Of a stretch of DNA of 64,000 nt, positions 12,862 to 25,263 are shown in pieces (within the stretch, counting starts at the first letter, position 1; the number at the start of each line of letters is the position of its first letter). This stretch comes from Trichosphaerium sp. ATCC 40318 (lineage: Eukaryota; Protista; Tubulinea). The position numbers and the translations under genes were made by a program. Where the stretch lies: the NCBI GenBank assembly GCA_038496445.1, contig JALMLS010000417.1, positions 1-64,000 on the forward strand, given 5' to 3'. The notes beneath the pieces were generated by a model. That model made no database searches and was not told the DNA's origin. It worked only from the letters and a program-made list of their open reading frames with translations.

Positions 12862-14471
12862 TCATTCCTTCAATTGACCATTTTCATCCCACTCTTTTGG
12901 ATTGTGTTGTGGCTCATTGTCTTTAAAATATATACGCGATTTCATTTGCCCGGTTTTATGATACTCTATTTGTTTGCCATCTTGTTTATCATCCTTGAAG
13001 TGATATTGTAACCATAACTGATCATTGTCATACCACTCTTTGTGTTCACCTTCTCTCTTGTCATCCTTGAAGTAGCAATGTATACGTAAGTATCCATTCT
13101 CATGCCACCACTTGAATTCACCATCTCTCTTGCCTTCGTTAAAATGGCAAACTGCTTTTTCTTGACCATTCACATAAAAGTCTTTTGTTTTGCAACACTG
13201 ATTATTCTTGTATTTATGGTGACATTTTAGTTTTCCGTTTTCATACCATGCTTTACCTTGATCTTTATATCCTTCATTGTAGAACAGTTGAAATTTTAGC
13301 TGTCCATTGTCATACCATGTTTTTTCTTCACAATGTTTCTTGCCGTTTTTATAGGTGGCTAGGTGAACTAGTTGACTGTTTTCATTCCATGTTTTAGAAA
13401 TACCTTGTTTATTGTCATCTTTATAAAATACTTGGTACTCTAATCTACCGTTTTTATGCCACGTTCTACCCTCACCTTCATTTTTGCCATGTTTGTAAAA
13501 GAAAAGAGATTTTAATTGACCGTTATCATACCACTCTTTTTGTTCACCTTCTTTCTTGCCATTTTGTAAATGACATTGTTGCACTAATTGACCGTTATCA
13601 TACCACTCTTTATATTCACCTTCTCTCTTGTCATCTTTGAACTGACTCTGTTGCAATAACTGACCATTGTCATACCATCGTTTGAATTCACCTTCTCTCT
13701 TGCCATCTATCAAATGAATTTGTGCACGAGACTTACCATTCTCGTACCACTCTTTAGCTAGGCCTTCAATCTCATTGTTTTTGTAATAAAAAAGATGACT
13801 CATTGTACCATTCTCATGCCATTGCTTTGATTCTCCTTCTTTCTTGTCATCTTTGAAGTAGGTTTGGTTGTGTAGTTTACCACTCTCATACCAATATTTA
13901 GCAACACCATGTTTCTTCCCATCTTTATAATAGCACGTTTCTGAAAGAACACCATTCTTGTACCAGAACTTGCATTCCCCTTGCACTCTTTTATGATTAT
14001 CAAAGTAGCATTGGACGGATACCTGACCATTTTCATAAAACTCTTCGTATAATCCTTTCTTCTGTCCACTCCGGTAAAGTCGCTTTTTAACGTTTTTGCT
14101 GTTTTCATAAAGCACCTTTACAAAAAAAACCGTTTCAACACGTGACTGTTTGAAATAAACCTAAAATGTCGTACCTCTTCTATGTCTGGTGCAAAATTAC
14201 CGCCACTGACAACATGTTCAGTGGAGTAGCACCGTAAAGGATAATACCGAAGCATTGTTCTTGAGCTATGTATACAGCTGCAATGCGAACCATACAATGG
14301 CAATATTTTAGTCAATCTTATTTTATGCTTGTAATGTGATTCTCGCATCACCGCATTGGGCATTTTACAGGTTTTATGCATCTTAGGATGCACGTTAACT
14401 ATTGTATATCCTAGTAAGCTGTATCAATACCATCTTATTCTTTATTGTTAAATGTACATACGTCGTAACAT
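12862..14471 (-). CDS. MORN-variant (MORN_2/YwqK-like) repeat protein with spliced N-terminal extension
   Basis: 417-aa exon of about 16 repeats of 24 aa (YKDGKKEGExKxWYENGQL). Two 5' exons: ATG at 14471 (MLRR|), then an intron 14461-14411, then YTIVNVHPKM...RCYSTEH...DIEE| joined to VLYENSK. Confidence 0.85.
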
Positions 14472-14921
14472 CTTGTAGAACGTAAGTGTTGTAGCGAAAT
14501 AAAAAAAAGATTGGTAAACTCATTGATATTTATTGACTAAAGCAACCCTTCTCAAACAATAGGACACTTAGAGTAGGAGCCGAATGATACCAAAATCACG
14601 TGATAAGCAAAATTTTTGAGGGTTATTTTTTTTTGAGAAATTTTCAACTTGCGCCTTTAGTTTTTGCATGGCTGCGCGTAGACAAAACTATGAGAGCGTT
14701 GTTTAGAGTTTTTACACGAACGCGTTTTTTCTTGACTACATATTTTTCTTAGACGGCTGTAAAGCTGCAACGGTAAGTTTTTGTTCAACAAACGAATTCG
14801 AATAAACAAAAGATTTTTTTGGAACAACCAGAAAAAAAGAGGTGATCGCGTCTCGTGACATCATTGAAAGCGAGCGTTTTTCTGAAACTTCAGAAGCACA
14901 CTCAGCAAGAAACGAAGTAAG

Positions 14922-15000
14922 CGATTGGAATTCGGATATGTTACCATTACACCACCCCGCATTTTATAACAGCGGGACCGGGAATCGAACCCGGAGCTTC
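14922..15000 (-). tRNA. Circularly permuted tRNA-Gly(UCC)-like gene: 3' half 15000-14971, 10-nt spacer, 5' half 14960-14922
   Basis: The minus strand reads GAAGCT-CCGGG-TTCGATT-CCCGG-TCCCGC-T / GTTATAAAAT / GCGGGG-TG-GTGT-AATGGTA-ACAT-A-TCCGA-AT-TCC-AA-TCG. T arm, D arm, complementary acceptor strands and an A15:U48 pair are all present. Irregularities: 6-bp acceptor stem and A32. Confidence 0.75.
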
Positions 15001-15447
15001 AGATACGGTAGTTTGAGTTGATGCGACGTTGACTATTACTGCACCTCGAAAATCATTACAATTACAACAGCATGGACCCAAAACGATTTACTATCAGAAA
15101 ACCACATATTTCTGAAATAAAATACAACTGAGGCTGTTGTAATACTTGCAACAGTGTACTTTAGTGCAGTAAAGTGAACACCTACATACAGTGTATTTTT
15201 GTTTCCTTGCCAAGCTGAAAAGCCGAGTTGTTATGCCCGCAAAAGCCAAGCCGAGCTGTTAACGGCTTCACGTTGGGTCTAAACCGTTTACACCAAAAGT
15301 CATTACAAGCTGAAACCACTTCGTTAACATCTCTACAGAAAACCACGCTATTCTATAAAATTGGATTTATTAACAAGGGGTTTTTGTTACATTGTTTGGT
15401 TTTTGACTTTTTAGCCATCCCAATGTAAAAGTTAAGTTGTTATTCAG

Positions 15448-18400
15448 TTAATCATTAACAGCAACTGCAGCCTCAGAAGGTTCTAGTTCTATTTCGCTAT
15501 CATCTTGCTTTGTATCATCTTTAACAACTACAGGTGATTGCGTTCTCTTAAACTTCTTTGTAATACGTCTAATCCTACAACAAAGAATGCAAGCAACTAT
15601 CAATACTATAACGAACAATAACATAAAGATAACAACACCAGCAACCAATCCTCTGTTCTGCTTGTTCTGTATGTACTCTATTATAGTAGCTTGTCCTGTA
15701 GGTGCAACACTTGGTGCTGTTGTGGTATCAGGTGTATCACCAACAGATCCTTCTATACTCAAGAAATCTTCAACACCTGAAACCTCAGGATCATTTCTAT
15801 CAGAACGTATTTGACTAATTCCTTCAGCGTTTTTGGCAATAACATCACGAAGCAATTGTTCGTATCCAACACTTGACACTTTGCTCTGAGCGACTTGAGT
15901 TAAAACGTATCTAAGAGATAGCGTTAGTTACAATAGAATACACAAGAGGTATTGATGATTAAACACGTACATTGCAAAGGCTTCTGTTGCGATACCAGCT
16001 GTTCTGTGTGGTATCAAATTTTCATCAAAGATCATGTATGAAAATGTTGATAGAGGCCATGTGAGCTCACCTGGTCTGTTTACTAAAGTAAAAGCAGCCC
16101 AGTTGTCTCTTGATCTTGGAAGACCTGTATGAATAGCCTCAGTTGCTGCATCTTCAACAGAAGCTTCACTAAACAAGTATTAGCTGCCAGTTTTTTTTGA
16201 AAAAACTTTGCACAAAAGAACGTACTCTAGGGCAACCATCTCGCCGTTTTGGTTTTCTATGAGAGCATCTTGAAGTCCATTTAGTCTTGCAGTACCATAT
16301 TCAAGATAACCTTTAATGAGACGAGTAAGTACGAAATGTAAATAAGAAAGACTTTAATAAACGAGAAAGAAAACAAGATGTAAATACCGATTGAGTATGG
16401 GGTATTCTTGATTACATCAGCAACTCCTTGATCTTTGTAAGCTCCTATTGTAGATAGAGGGAACTCTGGAGCGTGTTCAGGGCCACCTTAAAGTGAGTGT
16501 AAGTAAAATATGACGTTTTTACAGGCTGATCTCGTGTAGCATTTTTAACTTACCAACTCCTTTACCAAGACGCCATTGGCTGGTAGGTGCAGCTTGTGAC
16601 AAGTAATCAGATAGTACATAAGTAGATCCTGAAGCATCAGCTCTTCTTACAACAACAATATCCTTATTGAAAGAAGCCAACCTAATTGTAAAAATCAAAA
16701 AAAAAAAATAGTTTTAGCAGAAGGAAGAAGGACTTACTGAGGGTTTAAGCTATTTATGGCTGGATCGTTCCATCTTGTTATGACACCAGAGAAAATCCTT
16801 GCCAATACACTAGCTGTCAATTGTAGCTCGTGGAAATAACCAGGAATATTGTGGGAAATAGCAACAGCACCCATAACAATAGGAATATGTAATGGTACTC
16901 TAAACAAGAAATTAGAGTTTTACGAAAAACGAAAGCAAAGTTGTTGTAACTCGCCTTGCTTTATCAACTACTTCGTTTCTTTGTTCTGTAGTCAAAGGCG
17001 CGTCACTAATACAAAATTGTACTTGATCGTCTATGTACTCTTTAACACCTCCACCAGATCCCTATCACAGTTGTAAGCCAAGTTTTAGCATAAACCGTTT
17101 TTGTGATGTTTCTTTTTTTTTTTGGAAAACGCAGCTTTGTGGCTAAACAAAAAATTGTTTTGGCGTACAATAACATCATAATTGATGTAGACTTCTGTTG
17201 GCGATTGGGAAGAGAATCCAGCAGTCCAAATATCCATGATGTTCTTAACAAAACTTGATCCACTTGCTTCAACAGTCACTCCAGCTCTAGGCCATACAGC
17301 ACCATTTGGTACTGGATCTTCTAGTGGTACTTTGTAGTATAGTTCAGAATCTGCTCCAGCAGCCAAGGTAATGAGGTTCAAAGTGTCAAGATTGTAGCTA
17401 GTAAGCTAGGGAAGAAAAGAGTAAATACAAGAAAAGAAAGATCCTTGGTTAAAACGTACCAGTTTTGGTAGAGGCTCTAACCCTTCTCCAATGCTTCTTT
17501 CTTGTGCGTTCTCGTTCATTACAAATCTTAATAATGCTTGTATTACAGCACCACCGTTACGAATATCTGACAAGTCTTGGTAAACCAAAGTGTATGCAAA
17601 CGAAGTAATAGGCCATGTGTTTGGTCCCTTTAAGTTAACTAAAGAAAGTCCATGCCATGACTCCTCTCCAAGAGGAATAATGTCATCAGCAACAGCTTGT
17701 TCAGCAGCAGAATTTACAGGTATTTTTCTAAAACAAAAAAAATCAATAAGAAAGTTCATGATTTCCACGATTTCCACGTGATAAGTTATTTTGAAGTTAT
17801 AAAAGTTGCGTACCCCATTTCAACCAATATGCCTTCAGCGTTGATCATACGAGCGAACTATTTAGAATCATTAGTATACTTTTAACATCCATCAAGAAAA
17901 CAAACAAAAAAAAAAGCAGAACTCTGTTGATACCTTTCGTGCAAACCTGTTTGCAGTGCCAAGATCAACATAACCAAAAGAGTAAGGTGTATTAGCAACA
18001 TAAGTTGCCATATCATCTGCTGTTTCAACTTGAGGAACATTCGCAGGCCAAGGAGTGTTAGGATCTAGTATATCTCGTCAACAACATGGCAATTTTTTTT
18101 GGTAAAATGTGTAATCCGTACTTTGTAATGCTGCATTGAAGTATGGGGAAGCTTTACTCAAATACTCAATGTAAAGAGAGTGTATGTTATGTTCAACACC
18201 ATTAGCATATGTGACAAGTTTTACTGTTTCACTGAGTGTAGCAAGAGTTGGATTAAGATCAACCAAAAGTTCGTGCTGCCAACGGAGAATAGAACCAGCT
18301 TGAATCCTAGCAAGGATATCGGCGTTCACGTTCTAAAAACCAAGTTAGTAAACATTGGTAAGCATCTTGTTATTGCGAACGTACAAGATCTCCATCTAGT

Positions 18401-21400
18401 TCAGGGATGTTGTAAATGATACCAACAGCAAATAAACCAGTTGGTAGTGTCAATACAGGGTAACCTGCATTCTTTTGTCTATCCCAAAGGTTTTGTGGTA
18501 GAGGTTGCTCTGTCATTGCGAACCTAACTGATCTTTGCATAAAAGACTCAACAGAGAGAGTAGAAGGTTCTACTTCTAACTCAATGCGGATATCAGCATC
18601 AGGTACTTGAGCGATGAATGTGTTACTCCAGACCTAAAAAAAGGAAAGTTAGAACCTTTCATGGCTTTTTTTTTTTTCCGTTCTATACTCACATTCCACA
18701 AGTCGTTCAGAGTAGGTGAGGTTGTACCCCTGACCTCTATACCATAGTATGGTTCTGGGAATGGCGGTTGGTAGTAGTATAGTGGTTCTTGGTCTTGTGG
18801 AAGTAAGATTGAATCAATTGAAGCTTCATTTGACTCAGCAAGCTATCACAGAGAATTAGTTTGATGTCTATTTTTCCATGCCGTACAATCTTTGGAATTC
18901 TTTCGTAACCATCTAAAATAGCACGTGATTGAGCTGCATCTGACATAGCGTATCTAAGGACCATTGTCAATAAAAGACAATAGGCAGCCAAAAAAAAACA
19001 CACCTCAAATAACCAACAAGTGCTGCAGCTTCTTCTGCCCGATGTGTTTGGTTGTAATCAACAATATAGTACATCATAAACGAAATAGGCCATGTCTCTG
19101 CACCAGCTTCATCAAGTATTTCAATATTTTCCCAAGAGTCTGCAGGTGAAGGTAATCCTCTTCTGAAAGCAACATCCGCAGCAGATTCAATATCAGCCTC
19201 GCTAAAAAAAACCAGTGTTAGTCTTCCTTATGAGTCACATGGGTAAATATTCAAACGCACGTGATACTGACAAATACGCCTGCTTTGTTTTGTAACTCAG
19301 CGGTTAGGAAGTCAAAACCTCTTGGACCTCTATAGTCAACCTATTGCTTAAAAGTTTGTATTGCGCACAGAAGTTGCTCAAAAATAATAAAAAACCAAAA
19401 ACTTGTTTGCACTCCGTACGTAGCCAATGGAGTAATCAGTGGCTTTGATTATTCTAGACATACTATTTTCCGAGTCAGCAATAGTGTCGTTGACTGGCCA
19501 ATTAATAGCTAAACAACAGTTACTAACTGTTTGATTGAAAATCTGAGACGACTTACTTCTTCCTGTGCCAAGTCTCCATACAGCTCCAGCGGCCTCATCG
19601 AGGTATCTTGTAAACATATCTGTACTTGTAGATGCATCAGATCTTACCACAACAGTTATTGCAACATTCCTAGCTACGAGTGCTAGTGTATTCAAATAAG
19701 CGAAAAACGAAGAGCAAGGGTGAAAGAAGGTACAACGTACAAGGATTAAGCTCAACCAATTCAGCATCATTCCAACGTGTGATGTCTCCTTGGAAAATCT
19801 TGGCTGCAATTGAAGCTGTAAGTTTGAGAGGGTCTGATAAAGTTCCAGCAGGAAGGGTATATCCAATAGCAACACCACCCATGATAGCAGGTATGTGCAT
19901 AGGCAACCTTAAAGGAAGGAAAAAGTTAGAACAAAATAACGAGAGGTGTTGACTTATTACCTATCTTGTATGATAAGGCTAGTACGTTCAGCAACGGTAA
20001 GTGGATATTCGGTACAATAGAAGTTTGATAGATTATCCATATATTCTTGTTTACCTGCAGCGCTTCCCTTTACGAATTTTAGTACAACTTGAATAACAGA
20101 TCAAATAGCGTACTTTTTGTTCGTAGTCAACGATTACTTTAGCGAATGATTGTGACTCAAAAGCGTAGTTCCAAGTACCAAACAATCTATCTGGGTACAC
20201 TGATCCACTACCGTAGATCGAAGCACCATCAAACGGTGGAGGAAGTGGAACAGAATAATAAGAATCTGATGTAACATTTGCTGGTAGTTCAATCTGATCA
20301 AAGGTGTCTTCATTAACAATGATGAAATCATCTCTCAAGCGAACGAAATTCTCTGCATCAACACGTGTTTGAAGAGTTTCAGAATTAGCAAATCTAAGAT
20401 ACAATATAAGCACAACATAGCATGTTATGGATTTGGTTGCCATCAAAGCAAACAAGCAAGTAAGAAATATGGTATTTTTTGTTTTCTTTAATTCGTACTT
20501 CAAAAAGCCTGCAATAGGTCCAGCTGCTTTGTTTTGTCTCAAATCAATGAAAGAAATCGCATAGATTATAGACGAGATTGGCCAACTGAATCTGCTTCCT
20601 CTATTGATAAGATTAGTACCAGCCCAATCAGATGATCCATCAGGAAGTCCATGCAGTGCTAAATCAGCACTAGCAGCTTGTATAGCCTCAGCACTACAAA
20701 GAAAGTTATGTTTGACTGTTTAGACACGTAGTTAAAACCCAAAAAAAGTCACGTGTCACGTGCTTTATGAAACAAAAGAATCAAAAAAAAACCGCTTTCA
20801 CATTACCTTATTGGTAGCCAAGTGCCGTATGCGTTTTGTACATGAACTTGTCTAAAAAAATACTTTCTTGTAGTATCATATCTAACAAAACCAAGAGAAC
20901 CTTCTGTTCTTTGTATCTCTGTAGCTATATCATCTTCACCAACACTACAAATAAAGTTCGAGCTTGTTAAGAAAGGAAACTCAGGTGTCTGTCCAATACC
21001 ACCTACAAAAGGCGTCAACTTCTTCATCATGCATAACACGTGATTTTTAAGTAACAAATATTTGCGTACCTCTTCCTACGCCAAGACGCCATGATCCAGC
21101 TGCAGCACTTGCAAGGTATTGAGAGAATAGTAGTGTTTCAGTAGAAGAAACACAAGGGACTACTACAGAAATCTGCTTGTTTGAGCTTAAACCTGGGTTC
21201 AAAGACAATATCTCAGTTACAGTCCATACATCCAAGAGTCCCTCAAATATTCTAGCAATAAGCGAAGCTTAAAAGTATTAGTCCAACGCATTCAAAAAGA
21301 GAACTCTACTTACGAGTGAGTCTAAGATCTCCTGCGAAGTCAGATTCAGGTATGTTGTGTACTAGAGCTAGGCCGTCAAGCGCAATTGGGAAGTGTAAAG

Positions 21401-24400
21401 GTTGTCTATAAAGATATTATTTAGTTTAGAATATATGATATAAGAGTACGTACAGATTGTTTCTTAACAACTCTTGGAATTCAAACGTTTCAAGAGGTTC
21501 GTCTGTTATTGTCAATTCTGAAGTACCCAAAACGCGATCATTAACAGCTTTTTCAGCCGTCTAATGTTCATATTAGGAAATTGTAACAAGAGTATATGTT
21601 ACGAATGTAACTAAAGTCAATAGTAACCCGAAAACTGAGAAATTTGAAAAAAGGTGCCTTCATCACGTGATGTTGTAAAATAAATATAAAGTATGTATTT
21701 GAGCACAAAAATAATCAAGGTACTCATAAGTAAACAACCACGTGCCGTTTCTAAGTATTCCACAGATATCGGTGTATGAGATGTAGTCTCGAATAATTCT
21801 GTTATAGACTTCAACATACTTGTCGCACGTGTTGTTCCCGTTACTAACATTTGTTCTCGTAGAAAGTATGAAAGTGAATATGGAGTTGGGTTGGTAATAA
21901 AATCAACAGAATCGCTATTAATAACCTTCAACAAAGGTGGTGGAGAAGTCAAGAAGAATCGACTTGGTGTTGCTTGAGCAAGATTTTGATTAATGTATGA
22001 AAGGAAAGCCTTGATAGCAAGTTGTTGAGTCGGACTAACGCATGAATTGTCTTCATCTGCAATATTGTATATCATAAAAGTCATTGGCCAAGAGACTAAG
22101 AAAACTAATTAGAAACCAATAAAGAAGAAACAAACTTTCTGCAGGCTTTTTTTTGAAAATAGTTGAATTCAACTTTTTGGAGGAAACAACATACAAAGGC
22201 CATTGGCATCCGTAATACTGACATGAGCCCAATCTTGGTATCCATCTGGTATTATACCTTCCAGTACACCTCTAGTAGCAGCATCGGAAATATCGGACTC
22301 TCTACAAGGAAGTTAGAATACGTAAGTTTTTGTATTGTTTTGGTTTTTCGTACGTTGGGTAGACATAGTCTCCTTGTTTGTTTCTAATATTAGCCAACTT
22401 AAGGTTAAGTCTTGCAGCTATACTATGTTCTACAACACCAATAGATCCTCTTACGTTTTGCACAAATTCTGCTACTTCAATGTCATTACCATGCTCGCTA
22501 TTGAACAAAGGTCCAGATTCTGGGTCGATATCTATAATAATGAGAAAAATGAAAAACACAGCTCTTTAAAAAAAATCGTACCAAATACTCGCCCATGAAC
22601 CCAGTAGTCAGATGCCTTTGTCAAATAGTCACTCATAATCCATGTTGCTCCATTTGGTCCAGAAAGAGCGTATATGAATTCATCAGAGGTCAACATTGGG
22701 TTTGGATCAAATCCTAATATGAAAAATTAAAACAAAGAAAAAACAGCTAAATAGATAAGTCAGTGTCGTACCTTGACCGTCATCGTGTAATCTTGGGTCG
22801 TTCCATTGCGTAATATTACCTTGGAAGATAAGGGCAATCATGTCACTTGTGAGGTTCAATGCTTGTCCACCAATCTCATCAAACTGCAAGTTGTATACCA
22901 AAGTAATGGCGCCAAGTGCAAAAGGTATATGAGTTGGTGCGCGGTTATCAAGTCTATCTAAATGGAATTGTTGTAAAGGTATCATGGATGTACTAAATTC
23001 GCTATTGCACGAAATATAGTCGTCAAGGGCAGTAAGAGAGTTCTATACAATGTAAGAAAGTAATTTGAACCAAAACTTAAAGAAAAAAAAAAAAAAAAGC
23101 TAAAAACAGAGCCGGCTTTTTTGGTGTATGACACGTGCCTTTGTTTCGTAAGAGATTTTGATAGGATTTAACGATTGAGATTCGAAACCTTTTATCCAAA
23201 TATCCATTTCTCTTTCAGGAAAAGAGCTACCACTAATATGAATCAAGGTAGACATAAAATCCATGTAATCGTATCCTGAAGTGAAAAAAAATTAGCAAAT
23301 CTTTTTTGAATCAAAAATACGAACCTTCAGCTGTTTCGATGATTTTAATAGCGTCATTGTTAAAATTCCTTACAGTGAAAGGTAGTGGTTCAAGACCTTC
23401 TTCATCAGCGAACTGTTGAGCGTAATTTGTGTTGATAAAACTAATGTGACGTTAAAAATCACGTGGGAGGTTTAACATTAATACGTGCCTCAAGAACGCA
23501 GTAATAAGAGCTCCATCACGTCCTTTTCTAAAAGAAGAGTATGAGTCGTGCGTTGACGTTCTTTGGATTATTTAAAATACGTACGCTCGAAGATCAGAGT
23601 CAATAATGATGTAAGAGAAGGTTATCATAGGCCAAGAATCTGGACCAGGCTCATCTACAAGAGAAACAACTGACCAATCATCAGTTGGAGATGGGAATAT
23701 TGCCACTGCCTCTCTGGCCGCAGAATTGATAGTAGATGCACTATAAAGCAGTTCATGTGAGATAAATCATTCAGAAAAACAAAATTTATGATAAAAACGA
23801 TAATAGAAGTAAACCGAATTTTTACGAACCTAGCCGAGACGTAGTTGCCATCTTGGTTTCTGAGTTTAGCCAACCTTACTTCCTCCTTCTGAGCAAGTCC
23901 AAATCGCTCATAAGATATAGCTCCATTAACGTTTTCGACAGCAAGAACACCGCCTAAAAAAAAAGTCATTTTTTTACTTTATCTCTTCTTGAGGTGGTTT
24001 TGTAGACCTCTTTTATACTTACCTCCTGTCCCTGTTACTGGTACAACTTCTGCAAATGCATTAAAAGGCCAAGAAGGATCTAAGAAGAGAGATATGAGTA
24101 CTTCAAAAAAAAACAAATCAAAAAGACTTACAGTCGGATTTTCCGAGTGTCCAGTTGCCTGAGGCAGCATCAAGATAGTCAGTGAACAAGTATGTTATGT
24201 CGGAAGGAAGTTCGCGGATAACAACCGTTATTTTCATGTCGGGCAGATTAAAATTACCAAGGTCAGAGAGCCTTGTATCATTCCAATTTGTTATAACACC
24301 TTGAAAAATTTCTGCTAGAACATGTGCAGTTAATAGCAGCTCTCCTTCCCATCCAGACAATCTGTATGGTACTACAACAGCACCCAGGGATACTGGTAGA

Positions 24401-24995
24401 TGGAATGGAGACAAAGAGGGATCCCTATACAAACGTTGGTACGAGAAAACCGTAAATGTTGTAAAAGTAGAAATTCAAGAACAACAAAAAAAAACCGTAC
24501 TCTCTGTTGTTGAAATAACGCGATTGCTCTGCTGTGCTGAAAGGCCTATCTGACACCGCAAAGTCCACTAGCTCTTCTATAAAGAGATCTTTTCCTCCTA
24601 AAGTATTTTAAGTTATTTACAGTTGTGAGACATCGAATACAAGCCAAGAAACCAAAAAAAGCGTTTTTAAATAATCACGTGAACAGACATCAAAAAGTTT
24701 GGCCGCAAAAAAATTTTGTGGCCGCAACTTTGGTGCCACGTGTCAGTCGTACCTACAGAACCTCTTGTAGTGAACTCTACTATCGCATCCTTAGGTGATT
24801 GCTCGGGAAACTCTTCGATCCACTCTAATCGAAGTATAAGTACTCGGTACTGCGTACAATCACAACGTTACCTTCCATAAGTTCTGATACTAGCGTAGAT
24901 CCTGCTCCAGTTATAATCTGTATATCCTGGCCGGTTATCGTTACGACCATTATGGCCATTACGCTTAGCAAAGCTAAGAACGATATGGCTTTCAT
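15448..24995 (-). CDS. Type I membrane protein with six tandem PstS (phosphate-binding protein, PBP2 fold) domains, about 2,200 aa, >35 introns
   Basis: Signal peptide MKAISFLALLSVMAIMVV; six copies of the PstS pattern (G-x-G-S/T ... P..GAV...Y.. L.LT...A.IF.G.IT.WND ... WP ... GSIGY ... L.N..G..V ... WP.....Y); domain junctions are continuous or spliceable; C-terminal TM GLVAGVVIFMLLFVIVLIVACILCC and a short acidic tail. Confidence 0.88.
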
Positions 24996-25263
24996 CTTGC
25001 GTGGTGTGGCGTCGTTGCGCTGAAAATAGTTTAAAAAAAAAGACGGAAAAGTTTGTGATTTTTGTGTACTGTTACAGCGGTGCGCTAGTAAAAACTTTTC
25101 CCAAAATAGACCAATGATTACCACACCAAACGATGAATCTAGCGTTTACAACAACAAACAAGTTTATTTTTCAACTAGCGTTCGATGTGGGTACGCGCGA
25201 GTACTTTTCGGTCAAACTTTTTTTTAAATCGTTTTAAAGCAACGGTTCCCATCACGTGACTTG

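Noticed and set aside
12862-14115. Regularly spaced DNA repeats resembling a CRISPR array
   Set aside because: They are degenerate 72-bp coding repeats of the MORN protein, with no unique spacers or cas genes.
14860-15060. Two ordinary tandem or intron-containing tRNA genes
   Set aside because: There is no complementary 5' half upstream of the T arm and no T arm downstream of the anticodon loop.
24670-25260. CACGTG sites near the PstS gene start as Pho4-like phosphate-regulon boxes
   Set aside because: The motif is frequent across the whole window, so no specific regulatory inference is possible.
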